Origin: the human T2T-CHM13v2.0 reference genome, Homo sapiens | Assembly (NCBI RefSeq): GCF_009914755.1 | Contig: NC_060926.1 | Strand: one strand, 5' to 3' | Length of the DNA stretch: 64,000 nt | Shown: piece by piece, positions 25,320 to 37,929 of the stretch | Numbering within the stretch: the stretch's first letter is position 1 | How the letters are laid out: every line of letters begins with the position of its first letter | Made by a program: the position numbers and the translations under genes | Notes under the pieces: generated by a model | Told to the model about the DNA's origin: nothing | The model's database searches: none | Seen by the model: only the letters and a program-made list of their open reading frames with translations

Positions 25320-25506
25320 TGGATTAAAAGCTAGCTGAGGGATAAAGAAAAGTTAAAGTGTAATCATTTTTGATGAATGAAGGGGAGCTATCAAGTGGAG
25401 TGCTAAAGAAATCCGTGTGAGACCTCACATTTAACATTTCTCACATTAATCACCCAAAAGAGAAGGTAAACATACATTAATTAAATCAGCAGATGATACT
25501 AAAGCT
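25320..25506 (+). mobile_element. CR1/L3 LINE reverse-transcriptase relic
   Basis: Ordered degenerate motifs WIKS*LRDK, SSGVLKKSV, FNI, LIKSADDTK parallel CR1 RT WI.NWL.DR, SGVPQGSV, FNIFINDL, LIKFADDTK. Confidence 0.65.
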
Positions 25507-25937
25507 CATCATTAACTCCAATACAGGGCAATATTTTCATAAAAGAAACTCTTTGAGTTGGGAAATGAGAGCATAAAATTCCTAAGTCAGATTTTGTCAT
25601 TTTAAAACAATGCAAGTTTATCAAGGTATCAGCATCTTGCAACAGAAAAAAAAAAAAAAAAAAAAAAAAAACTACAATGTCTTTTCCTTCTCTTCCTCCA
25701 CCTCCTCCTTTCCTAACTGTTTATTATACAATGTTCACTATGGACAAAATTGAAAATATATATAATTAAAAAGAACAAACATTAATAGCTATCATCAACA
25801 TTTTGCTTTTTATTTTCCAGACAATTTCCTTTATGTATATAACACATTCACTTATATTTTTTAGTTTCTCTAAATTTAAAATTTTTAATGGCAATGTCTT
25901 TCTCTATTAAGAAAGTTTATTTAAGTATTTTGTATCC

Positions 25938-26268
25938 TGTCTTCAAGATTTATCCATGTTAGCGTGTGTCAGAATGTTCTTCCTTTTGAAGTCTGAATAA
26001 CATTTCATTGTATGTATATACCATATTTCTTTATCCATTCATCCATTGATGAACACTTGGGTTGCCACCTTTTGACTATTTTGAATAATGCTGCTGTGAA
26101 CGTGGATGTAGTCCCTGGTTTCAGTACTTTTGGAGATACAGCCAGAAGTGGAATTGTTGCATTACATAATAAATTCTGTTTATAATTTCTTGAGGAACTA
26201 CTATACTGATTTCAAAAAAAGCTGCACCATTTTACATTCTCACCAGCAGTACACAAGGATTTCAACTA
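25938..26268 (-). mobile_element. L1MB-like fragment
   Basis: TTTATCCATTCATCCATTGATGAACACTTGGGTTG...AGAAGTGGAATTG...CCATTTTACATTCTCACCAGCAGT. Confidence 0.85.
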
Positions 26269-28584
26269 CTTTTCTTTGAAAGATTGGCGATTCCATTTTT
26301 TTTCCACTAATATGTAGTAGAAAGCTTTCTTCCTAATATCTGATACCCTCTATTAAAATACTACATTTGCTTTAGTAGAACACTTTGCCTTTTTATATAA
26401 ATAGAAAGGAACTTATAGATGATAAAGAAGTGCAAATGTAACATCTGCCAACTCGCCATTGCTTTGATACTGACCTGGTATACTCCATTTTTCAGTCTGC
26501 CAAAAAGATCCCAGATGTTTCTGTCAGCCATGAGGAATACAAACCTTTGTGATTAAGTATTTTAAGTCTTTTAAGAAAAAGAATTCATAGAAAATTTTAG
26601 GTATAGAAAATGCACTTTGTTGTGTATTTTACTCACTGCCAAAGAGGCAAAAAAAAAAAAAAAAAGTGAGAGAAATAAATAATACTCCAGAAATTAAAAC
26701 AATAGCTTAATGAAATCTATTTTGGTTCCATCTATTATTGTATAACACATAAGCATAACTATCTCTCAATTGCTTAAACATTTCTTTCTTTCAAGGCCTC
26801 TTCATAATGATCATATACGCTTCTGTGGGTATTGATTGCATGCCATTGAACAAAGGAATACATAGAACACTAATCTGCTTGATACTTTTACCTAGTACAC
26901 ATGTGATTTCAAATTATTTCAATTCTTATGGCAGGTTAGTAGGGCATAACATTAATAGACGGTCAAGCACACAAAACCTCTCATCCATTTCAGTGGTTGT
27001 AAGCCATTTCAACAGATATCTGTAGTTGCTGACTGCAGGGTATGAAGGAAAAAAAATAAGAATCAAATGGGAAGATTTAAACAGAACTGTGGTCAATGAA
27101 CACATCAGTAAAGTGAAAGTATCAATTGTCCCATTACTGCCTGCAATTGAGAAGGCTTCAAAAGATCTTGACTTTTGCTCCTTATCTAAAAATTTATATT
27201 TGACTTGATTTACCTGATTTACTAGTTTTTTATTCTAAGCTCTCAAATCAGGGTAAAAGTACAGACTCCTAGTTTTGTCTGCAATAGGATTAACATATGT
27301 GGAGCATGTGGGATTTGTTAATAGTGTGCTTTGCTGGGCCAACAGCCTCAATGCCAGCCTAATTGATCCAAGTAGTAGTTGGTTCCTTAATGAAGATTCC
27401 ACAACGTAATTGTTGTAGAAAAATAATGATTACTTTAGGACAGATGGCAAAGTGGCAAGATGGGGAAATTGTCCATATAATTCTGAGTCTAAATCCTGAG
27501 CTTGATGAAGGATAAGTGTTTGAATACTCCAGGAGAGGTATTTATAACAGCTCTGAATCACCCACTTACTGCTCAGCTCTTCATTCTCTTTTCCTTAAAT
27601 AATGTAAGCTTTGCCTGTAGGGCTGAAAAAATGAACGACAATATTAATCTTTAAACTAATTAAATACTTTGAGTAATGCCAAAACATTGTTATATTTGTG
27701 CCTGTGTGTATTCTAAATTCCAAAATGCAAAAATAAAAAAATAAAATTTAAAGTCCAGAAAAATGTATTTTAAAAATTAAACCATAAATGGTTCACTCAA
27801 CCATCTGGATTATTTTAGATTAAATGTGAATACCCCCTGTTTTGGCTTTTACATTTGTTTCTGCAGCTGTAGGCCTATGTTCAAACATCATCCAGTTCAG
27901 CACATACCTCTCCAGAACTATGAGCATACAGACACATTTTTTATTTAATGTAATAAAGGAAATATTTGGTACATTGCATCAAAAACTAATTTTTAAATGA
28001 TCCATTACTATTTTTAAACCAATAATTTGCTTTTTGGCTATATCATCTACTCTAATAGAATATATGACACTGAGAAAATTTTTCTTGATGTAACTTTAAA
28101 ACCCAATTAACCAAGCACAAAGGAAATTACGGATTGATTATAGCAGAAATTTTCAAGCTAAACTGAGTAAAATATTGAAATATTATATAAAAATTTATAA
28201 ATGTAAGTTTATATACACATTATTTTTCTAAAAGTGGTTTTAACATTCATTTAATTGCCATAAGAGTGGTCTGTAATTCAAATCAGATTAGGACTACCAA
28301 AATACATACAGTGTTATGGTATACATGCTTTTCAAAGGATTTTGCCTAATTGTTTCTGAGGTTCTTTTTTTTCCATGTATCTGCCTAGAGGGGACATATA
28401 TAAATCAGAGTACACAATAATTATCTCATTGGTTCAGTACATGTGTTCCAATTGCTGTATCAGCCATTTTTATTAACCACCACTACTGCTTAGCTATTGA
28501 CAATGTGGGTACTTTACTTCACAACCTCCCTTTGTGTTGATAGATCTGTCTAGTCATGAATGATATATTACAACACATTTCTAG

Positions 28585-29470
28585 CATTCATTCATTCATT
28601 TTGGAACATTTTTTGAGCACCACTAAATACCATACGAAGTGTTCCATGAGCCAAATTAGGTGAAGATAAGATCTAGTATTAGAAAGGTAATAAGAGGTCC
28701 TACCTTCAAAAATATGCATACCAGGCTAAGGATTTGGGCATTTATTTGTAGAGGATAAGAAGGTATTGGAGGGTTTTTAGCTGAGAGATGACACATTGAA
28801 TTTGCATTTTCCATGGATCATTCTGGCAGTAGAATGAAAAATGAATTTGAGTTCAGAAGCAAAAGTGTGAGAGATAGAGACAGAAAACTCACTTCTGCCA
28901 AGTGGAGGCTGGAATCTAAGAGAGTGGACTGATTTCAGGAATATTTGAGAGAAAAAATTCACAGGACATAAATCAGTTTAGCTATAATTGAGATAGAGAA
29001 GATAGAGGAAGAAATGATATTGGAAGAAAAACTAACATTTCAGTTTAGGGTTTTTGTTTTGCTTTGTGTTTTTTTTTTAATTTTATTTCCAGTTGGAACT
29101 GTACAGCAGACATCTGAAGATGCAAATTTTAAATCTGGAGAATAAGTTTAGAATTAAACGAAATTTGAAAATGATCATTTTTATAGTAGGTAAATCATAC
29201 AAATACGTAAAATTATGAGAATACTTAGAATGAGAAGAGTAATAGGATAATATCTGAGTCCTGAATTTTATGACTTCGTAAATTTTCAAGGGTGGGCATG
29301 TGAAGAAGGGGTCCTTGAAAGAGAAAGAAAAGGAATGATCAGAAAAGTTGAGGATCAACAGAAGATAGACTATCATTAAGGCAAGAGAATAAAGAGTTTA
29401 AAGGAGGAGGGAAACTTCAATAGCGTCAAGTGATGTAGGTATGAACAGAAAAACACTTTTAAATTTGGTA
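28585..29470 (-). mobile_element. L2 LINE fragments
   Basis: CATTCATTCATTCA tail, then CCAGGCTAAGGATTTGGGCATTTATT and GATCATTCTGGCAG typical of antisense L2. Confidence 0.65.
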
Positions 29471-30099
29471 GTTTATGAATTGCTGCTGATCAATGAAATC
29501 ATCTTCACAAATCTGCTTGCCTCTTTCAACATACTTAACAAATTATATGAAAAAACCTAATTTTATTGATATTATACTATTTCCATTTTATATGAGGAAT
29601 CAAACCGTTATACATGTTTACGTAATGTTATTATATATTCTATATTTTTCCAATTATGTTTACTCAGATAGTTCAATTGCTAAAATGAGTATTACGAGCT
29701 CATTCAATGAGAGATTTTATATAACAATATATCATAATTTTCCTGATGTTTTCACTTCATCATAGAAGAGCAGTTGGGGGCAGCAAGGGGGAATGATGGG
29801 ATATTTACATAAGCAAAATCCAGTTATTGGATGAGGGTTGCCTTAGAGAGTGGTGTAATTTAGGACAGGCATAATTTCCCTTGACTGTTTTGGTCAAGGG
29901 AAATTCATGGGGAGGGACTAGGCTTCCCGTCAGTGAGCAACACTCCCAGCACCTAGGGGAATGGTGCTCAGTCCTGAAACCAGGGTTCTGGGCAACACCA
30001 CAGCATTTCCTCGTCATTCTTGTAAAATAAACACACAGAACCTGGCATATAGTATATACTTAGTAAATGTTAACTGATCTTATTACATGTTTGAATAAA

Positions 30100-30610
30100 A
30101 TACCTAAAGACTTTATGTGGCTACAAGTCTTTACATTGCCTAGCCCCTACAAAACTCTTCATCCTCAACTCGTACACTTGTTCAAGTCTCCCTCACCCCC
30201 TTCTACATTTTGTGTTTCCTAAACTTGTCATCCTCCTAGTCTGCAAATACAAAGTTTCCTTTAGCTAGAATCCACCCCTACCTCCCAAATTCTTAATTAA
30301 TTTCTCTTAATTCACAACTCAAAACCAAGTGTCACTCTCCAGGGAATTTCTGTTACTCCCAAAACATGGGGTTTCTCCTGCTTGATATGCTTATGGTGTT
30401 ATGTGACTTTTGCTTCAAAGCACATATGACCATTGAAACTAGACTGATATTTGGTTGACTGTTGATTAATATAATAGCTAAATCCTTCCTAGACAGGAAG
30501 CACCATGAGGGCAGGAAATACATTTGTTTCTTGCCTCAATACCTAGCAATAAAATTGTCCTTAGTACCTAGCAAGAAATAATTATTTGAAGAAAGGAGTT
30601 AATGAATAAA
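30100..30610 (+). mobile_element. L2 3' fragment
   Basis: CTAGACAGGAAGCACCATGAGGGCAGGAA...TACCTAGCA...AATGAATAAA. Confidence 0.65.
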
Positions 30611-31361
30611 CCCGTGTTGACTAAATGCTCTGAAATGAATAAACATTTTCTATAATATATACAATAAAATTATAATAATACTATTAATAGAATAATCATA
30701 TCCCAAATTTCAGGATTTTGTTTCCTCTATCTGGTCTCTTTTACAACACTGTATTTAAAAAATAACACTAATGAGTATATATATGTAAACAGGGAACTGA
30801 TCCTAATTAGTTGTGATCTACTTAACTATAGGAAGGATTCATTTAGTGAAGTAAGGGGTTCCATTAAATAGCAGTAGCATTTTTTCTTTGTTTTCTATAG
30901 TGAACTAGGAAAAGTCTGCAGCTACGAGTAGGTAATTCTTGCATACCTAGCTGTAATCTGGACCATCATGACAATAAGAGTGTGTTATTCTCTTGCTAAA
31001 TCTTTTTATCTTCACAGCTGAAAACATGTTTCTGTCTCTAAGATGAAATATCTCCCTTTGATCCAATTTACTGAAAAATGCTCCAATTAAATTGAGTATA
31101 TATTTTCAATTGCAATTGAATTCTAGTGTAGTAATTAGTGCACTAAGCTAAAGGTTCTTCCTGATTAAAATTAATGAGCTAGAAATGCTATAGCAGCTTG
31201 GCCTGCGAAGGGGGTTCTGGGAGGCTTTGGATGTGGGTACTAACATGAACACCAGCTTTACCCACTTCTAGAGTAGAAATATTTATAAACAACATGAGTT
31301 AACTGCTCAGCATGAAAACTTCCTGAAAAGTTTTATCTTCCTGCTATATAACAGTCTTTGA

Positions 31362-31525
31362 CTGTGGGCTCTCAATGTTTACTATGCTTAAGAATCACCT
31401 GGAGATCTTGTTAAAAATGCATATTCTTAGTTAAAAATGCAGATTCTTAGCCCCGCATCCAGATACTTTAATTTGGTTGCCTTAACACCTTAGGTAATTC
31501 TGATACAAGTTTCCAGAACAAGGAG
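31362..31525. mobile_element. MER5A-like fragment with internal 20-bp tandem duplication
   Basis: AGAATCACCTGGAGATCTTGTTAAAAATGCA; TTAAAAATGCA(T/G)ATTCTTAG occurs twice. Confidence 0.7.
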
Positions 31526-31804
31526 ATTATGTTCCAGCTCCTCAGATTAATGCCTGTGGAGCTCTCTAGCCTGGCACCCACCCTGCTTCCTTCCCAACCA
31601 ACTTCACACTTACAGGAAGCGCTGACCACAACATTTAGGTTACTTTATGACCTATGCCTTTCTTCATACTTTCCCCTCTGCTTTGACTGCTCATTACCAC
31701 CCACCTTCTTCATATTTAGGTCCAGTTTCAAGGGTCTTCAGAAATGTCAATGATCCTTTGAAAACCTCTGCCTCCTCATTGTGCACCTGTTCTGCACCAC
31801 AGAG

Positions 31805-31980
31805 CAGAGACAGCAAATAGACAACATGCAGACTGACCCTCTCCATCCCAGGCCTATGGCAGTCATCACCAGTTGATGATGTTGTAGACTCCTTTTCACA
31901 TCCTTCTAAATCATGCTCTAGTAGCTATCATCAACCTATGAAGTTTGGTAGATGAAATAAAACCTATTGGCCATTCCAGT
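31805..31980 (-). mobile_element. MER102-like hAT element
   Basis: Degenerate TIRs CAGAGACAGCAAATAG and CCTATTGGCCATTCCAG; recalled similarity only. Confidence 0.45.
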
Positions 31981-32866
31981 TGTTAATTATTTTATTATAA
32001 CACCTATAGTATTCTATTACATTCATTTGTTTATATATGTGTCTTCTATTAGACAGAGATAGCTGGCACAAAGTCGACCCATAATCAAGATTTGATTAAT
32101 TAATTTATAGCTGAATAATACTTCTTTCTTGCATAAAAGAATATACATTTTCCATGTTCACCTACATTTTAGAAATAGCTTCTGCTTTTATTCCTTAGAT
32201 TATAGCTTCACTTAGTTAATGTCTTCATAATCATTCAACTGAAGTCAATAGCTAGATGCAAATGAGTCTGTCTGACGGATATTTTTGTTATGTCATTTGT
32301 ATGTCATGAAGATCTCTAAGCCAAAATATACAACAATGAACTCCTTCTTACTGGTGGTTTGAGTAAAGAATTTAGATTGCTCAACTCACAAGCATCAGGA
32401 ATTAAAAGAAGATGAGAAATCTGAGACTAAAGGCTCCTGTGTCTTAATTCCCACTTACCTTTGGGTCATTTTATAATCATTACAGTGATAACATTTATTG
32501 AATATCTTCTAAGCCTCTGACTTTTAATATATGAAGCTTTTACACTACTGACCTGCCCTTAAAGAGCTTTAATAATGCTTATTCTTTTTAATGAAGTGAG
32601 ATAAGATTGCATTGGAATAGAATATGTGTAATCAGAAAAAAGGAATCAGGAGGAGCAAATGTTCAGAGCATAACAGGTACAGTTAATAAGTACTTCATAG
32701 AAGCATTAAAATTTCCAAAGACCTTGTTAATAACAAGAACAGTACCATTTAGAACATTACTGTGGATTTATATAATAAGTATCCTTCAAAAAGCTTGAAA
32801 TAAAATGAATTTGCTAAAGTTGTTCAGTTGATGAGTTGTCTCTCCAAATAAAGTGGGTGAGGGAAA

Positions 32867-32879
32867 ACACACACACACA

Positions 32880-32913
<34 letters not shown>
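32867..32913. repeat. (CA)n microsatellite with one interruption
   Basis: About 23 AC units visible. Confidence 0.98.
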
Positions 32914-33015
32914 AAACCAGTAGCTTCCTGAGCGCTCAACTATGACTAGGCATCAGACAAATATTTAGTGAGAGAATTAGCTGGCAAAACATGTGCTGGT
33001 ATATACATTTATGGG

Positions 33016-33465
<450 letters not shown>

Positions 33466-34193
33466 TAAAGAGTAATGCCGCAGTCGTTCTAAAACATCAA
33501 GAGCTTCATTACAAAATAAAGGCTCTTGAAGGCTGTTCTTGATTGCCACTTTAATTGTCCTCACATCCTGTTCACCCTTCCTTCTAACATCAGACCCTAT
33601 TCGTTTTGTCAGTTTAAGAATTGCTCTAAGCTGAATATTCAGGTTTAGACCACTTTGCCTAATGGAAAATACCATAGTGAGAAATTGATGTGTTTCAAAA
33701 TGCTCTTACTTTTGTCTTTAAAAAAATTATATCAAAGTTACAATTGCCAAGAATGATTATTTGTGTCCGTGAGAGAGATATTATGAAGAATGAATAAATC
33801 ATCAGGGTTTGAGACAAATGCAGCATGGGGTAAGTACAAGACGATTAGTCAGAGCATTGGTTATGATAGCAAGTGATTGGGAATAATCTAAATTATGAAT
33901 TTCTAAATTAATAATCTATTGATTTCCAACTAATAACCTAAATGTCCATCAATAGTAGACTGGCTAACAAATTGTGATACACCCATATTATGGAAGAGTG
34001 GGTAGCCATAAAAGAAAGTTTTTTCCTAAGCTTATATTGAAAATTAGTTACAAAAACAACAAGTTATAGAGGAATATATATTATATGATACTTTCTGTTT
34101 AGAAAGGAGAGATTATATATGCACATAGATATACATATTTGCTTATGTATGCATTTTTTTTTCTTTTAGGACACATAAGAATCTGCTAACATT

Positions 34194-34348
34194 ATTAGGA
34201 CAGGTACCTAATGCATGCAGGGCTTAAAACCTAGATGATGGGTTGATAGGTGCGATGAACCACCATGGCACATGTGTACCTATGTAACAAACCTGTAAGT
34301 TCTGCACATGTATCCTGGAACTTAAAGTAAAAAAAAAAAAAAAATAAA
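34194..34348 (+). mobile_element. Short 5'-truncated L1PA (PA7/8-like) 3' end inserted in an older L1M fragment
   Basis: TACCTAATGCATGCAGGGCTTAAAACCTAGATGATGGGTTGATAGGTGC...AACTTAAAGTA(A)n; TSD AATCTGCTAAC at 34180-34190 and 34371-34381. Confidence 0.92.
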
Positions 34349-34484
34349 TTACTCAGTATAAATTGCAAAAAATCTGCTAACCATGATTGCTAACATTTGC
34401 AATTTGAACCATGTGACTATAAAACTTTTTTCAAAAACATAGGCAAATACATTTTTGAAAATTAAATTATAAATACAAGGATAC

Positions 34485-34700
34485 AGATGCCATAATTTTG
34501 CCTGGGTTTGAAACCTGGATCCCCTAATTCCAGCTGTGTAAATCTGAGTAATTTCATTTAACCCTTGTGAATCATAGTCCTCATCTGCAAAATGAGGTTA
34601 ATATAGTGCCTACTCCACATCTTTTGGGAAAGATTAAATGAGATGGTATATGGAAAGCATTTTCTGACAAATGATAGCACTCAAATGATATTGTCATTAT
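34485..34700 (+). mobile_element. MIR
   Basis: CCTGGGTTTGAAACCTGG...AGCTGTGT...CCTCATCTGCAAAATGAGG...GATTAAATGAGAT. Confidence 0.8.
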
Positions 34701-34900
34701 TTTTACAGCATTTCAATGGGCTTATTTGCCTGGTTTAAATAATCCTTTCTTTTTCAAAAGTGGCCCAGAATTCTGACTGGCGAATTTAAAGAATTGTCCA
34801 TTTCCCAACAGCCAGAAATTATAAGGAAACTGGAAAATGAAAAAGCTGCTTATGTTGAATTCCAAAATCCTTTTTTGAAAGATTTTACTGTGGTTAGTAG

Positions 34901-35358
<458 letters not shown>

Positions 35359-36007
35359 TAGGTATACATATTTATGGGGTACATGAGATATTTGGGTATC
35401 GGCATGCCATACATAATAATCACATCATGGAAAATGGGGTATCTATCACCTATGTATTTATCATTTGTGTTACAAACAATTCAATTACACTGTTTTAGTT
35501 ATGTTAAAACATGCAATAAATTACTATTGACTGTAGTCCCTGTTGTGCTGTCAAATATTAGGTCTTATTCATTCTTTCTAATTATTTTGTTTCTGTACCC
35601 ATTAACCATCTCCACCTATCCTTTCCCACCCCAACTAGCCCTCCCAGCCTCTGATAACCATTCTTCTATTCTCTATCTTCATAAGTTCAATTGTTATGAT
35701 TTTTTGATACCACAAATAAGTGAGAACATGGGATATTTGTCTTTCTGTGCCTGGCTTATTTCGCTTAACATAATGATCGCCAGTTCCATTCATGTTATGG
35801 TAAATTACAGGACCTCATTCTTTTTTATTATTGAATAGTACTCCATTGTGTATAAATACCACAGTTTTTAAGCCATTCATCTGTTGATGGACCCTTGGCT
35901 GTTATGAACAGTGCTGCCACAAACGTGGGAGTGAAGATATTTCTTTGAAACACAGATTTACTTTCTTTTGGGTATGTACCCAGCAGTGGAATTGCTGGAT
36001 CGTATGA

Positions 36008-36408
36008 TGTTTCACGTGCGTCCATGTGAAGAGATCACCAAACAGGCTTTGTGTGAGCAATAAAGCTTTTTAATTACCTGGGTGCAGGCAGGCTGAGTCC
36101 AAAAAGAGTCAGCGAAGGAAGATAGGGGTGTGGCCATTTTATAGGATTTGGGTAGGTAGTGGAAAATTACAGTCAAAGGGGATTGTTCTCTGGCTGGCAG
36201 CGGTGGGGGTCACAAGGTGCTCAGTTGGGGAGCTTTTGATCCAGGATGAGCCAGGAGAAGGAATTTCACAAGCTAATGTCATCAGTTAAGGCAGGAACCG
36301 GCCATTTGCACTTCTTTTTGTGATTCTTCAGTTACTTCAGGCCATCTGGATATATACGTGCAGGTAACAGGGGATATGATGGCTTAGCTTGGGCTTAGAG
36401 GCCTGACA
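36008..36408 (-). mobile_element. HERV-H solo LTR (LTR7 family)
   Basis: - strand begins TGTCAGGCCTCTAAGCCCAAGCTAAGCCATC, has CCAAATCCTATAAAA and ends CCTGTTTGGTGATCTCTTCACATGGACGCACGTGAAA; interrupts the L1; TSD not clean. Confidence 0.93.
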
Positions 36409-37794
36409 CTATAGTTCCATTTGTAGTTTTTGTGAGGAACCCCCAAGCTGTTCTTGATAGCGGTTGTACTAACTTACATTCCCACTAACAGTGTACCATG
36501 ATTCCCTTTTCTCCACATCCTCGCCAGCATTAGATATTGCCTGTCTTGGATATAAGTCATTTTAGCTAGGGTGATATGATATCTCATTGTAGATTTGATT
36601 TATCTGATGATCAGTGATGTTGAGCATCTTTTCATATGCCTCTTTGCCATTTGTATGTCTTCTTTTGAGAAATGTCTATTCAAATCTTTAGCCCACTTTT
36701 AAATCAGATTATTAGACGTTTTTTCCTACAGAGTTGTTTGAGCCCCTTATATATTCTGGTGATTAATCCTTATCACATGGGTAGTTTGCACATATTTTCT
36801 CCCATTTTGTGAGTTTTTGCTTCACTTTGTTGACTATTTCCTTTGCTGTGCAGAAGCTTTTTTAACTTGATGTGATTTCATTTGTCCATTTTTGCTTTGG
36901 ATGCCTGTGCTTGTGATGTATGACTCAAGAAATTTTTGCACAGACCAGTGTCCTAGAGAGTTTCCTCAATGTTTTCTTTTAGTAGTTTCATAGTTTTGAG
37001 GTCTTAGATTTAAGTCTTTTATCTATTTTTATTTGATTTTTGTATATAGTGAGAGATAGTTTTATTCTTTTGCATATGGATATCCAGTTTTCTCAGCAAC
37101 ATTTATTGAAGAGACTATCTTTTCCCTCGTGTATGTTCTTGGCACCTTTGTCAAAAATGAGTTCATTGTAGGTGTGTGGATTTGTTTGTTGATTATCTAT
37201 TCTGTTCCATTGTTCTATGTGTCTCTTTTCATGCCAGTACCATGCTGCTTTAGTTAATATAGCCCTGGAGTATAATTTGAAGTGAGATAATGTGATTCCT
37301 CCAGTTTTGTTTTTTTGTTTAGGATAGCTTTGGCTATGCTGAGTTTTTTGTGGCTTCATATAAATTTTAGGATTGTTTTTTCTATTTCTATGAATAATGT
37401 CATTGCTATTTTGACAGGGATTACATTGAATCTGGAAATTGCTTTGGGTAATATGGACATTTTAACAATATTGATTTTCCAATCTATGAACGTGGAATAT
37501 CTTTTCAATTTTTTGTGTCCTCTTCAATTTCTTTTGTCAGTGTTTTATAGTTTTTATTACAACCATCTTTCTCTTCTTTGGTTAAAATAATTCCTAGGTT
37601 ATTAACTTTAATTGTGGCTGTTGTAAACAGGTTTACTTTTTATTTCTTTTTCAGATTGTTCAGTGTTGGCATATAGAAATGCTACTGGTTTTTGTACATT
37701 GATTTTGTATTTTGCAACTTTACTGATTTTGTTTATCAGTTCTAATAGGTTTTTGGTGGAGTCTTTCAGTTTTTCCATATATAAGATCTTATCA

Positions 37795-37929
<135 letters not shown>

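Noticed and set aside
35374-35838. 154-aa hydrophobic ORF
   Set aside because: Antisense reading of the L1 3'UTR; T-richness produces the hydrophobic bias
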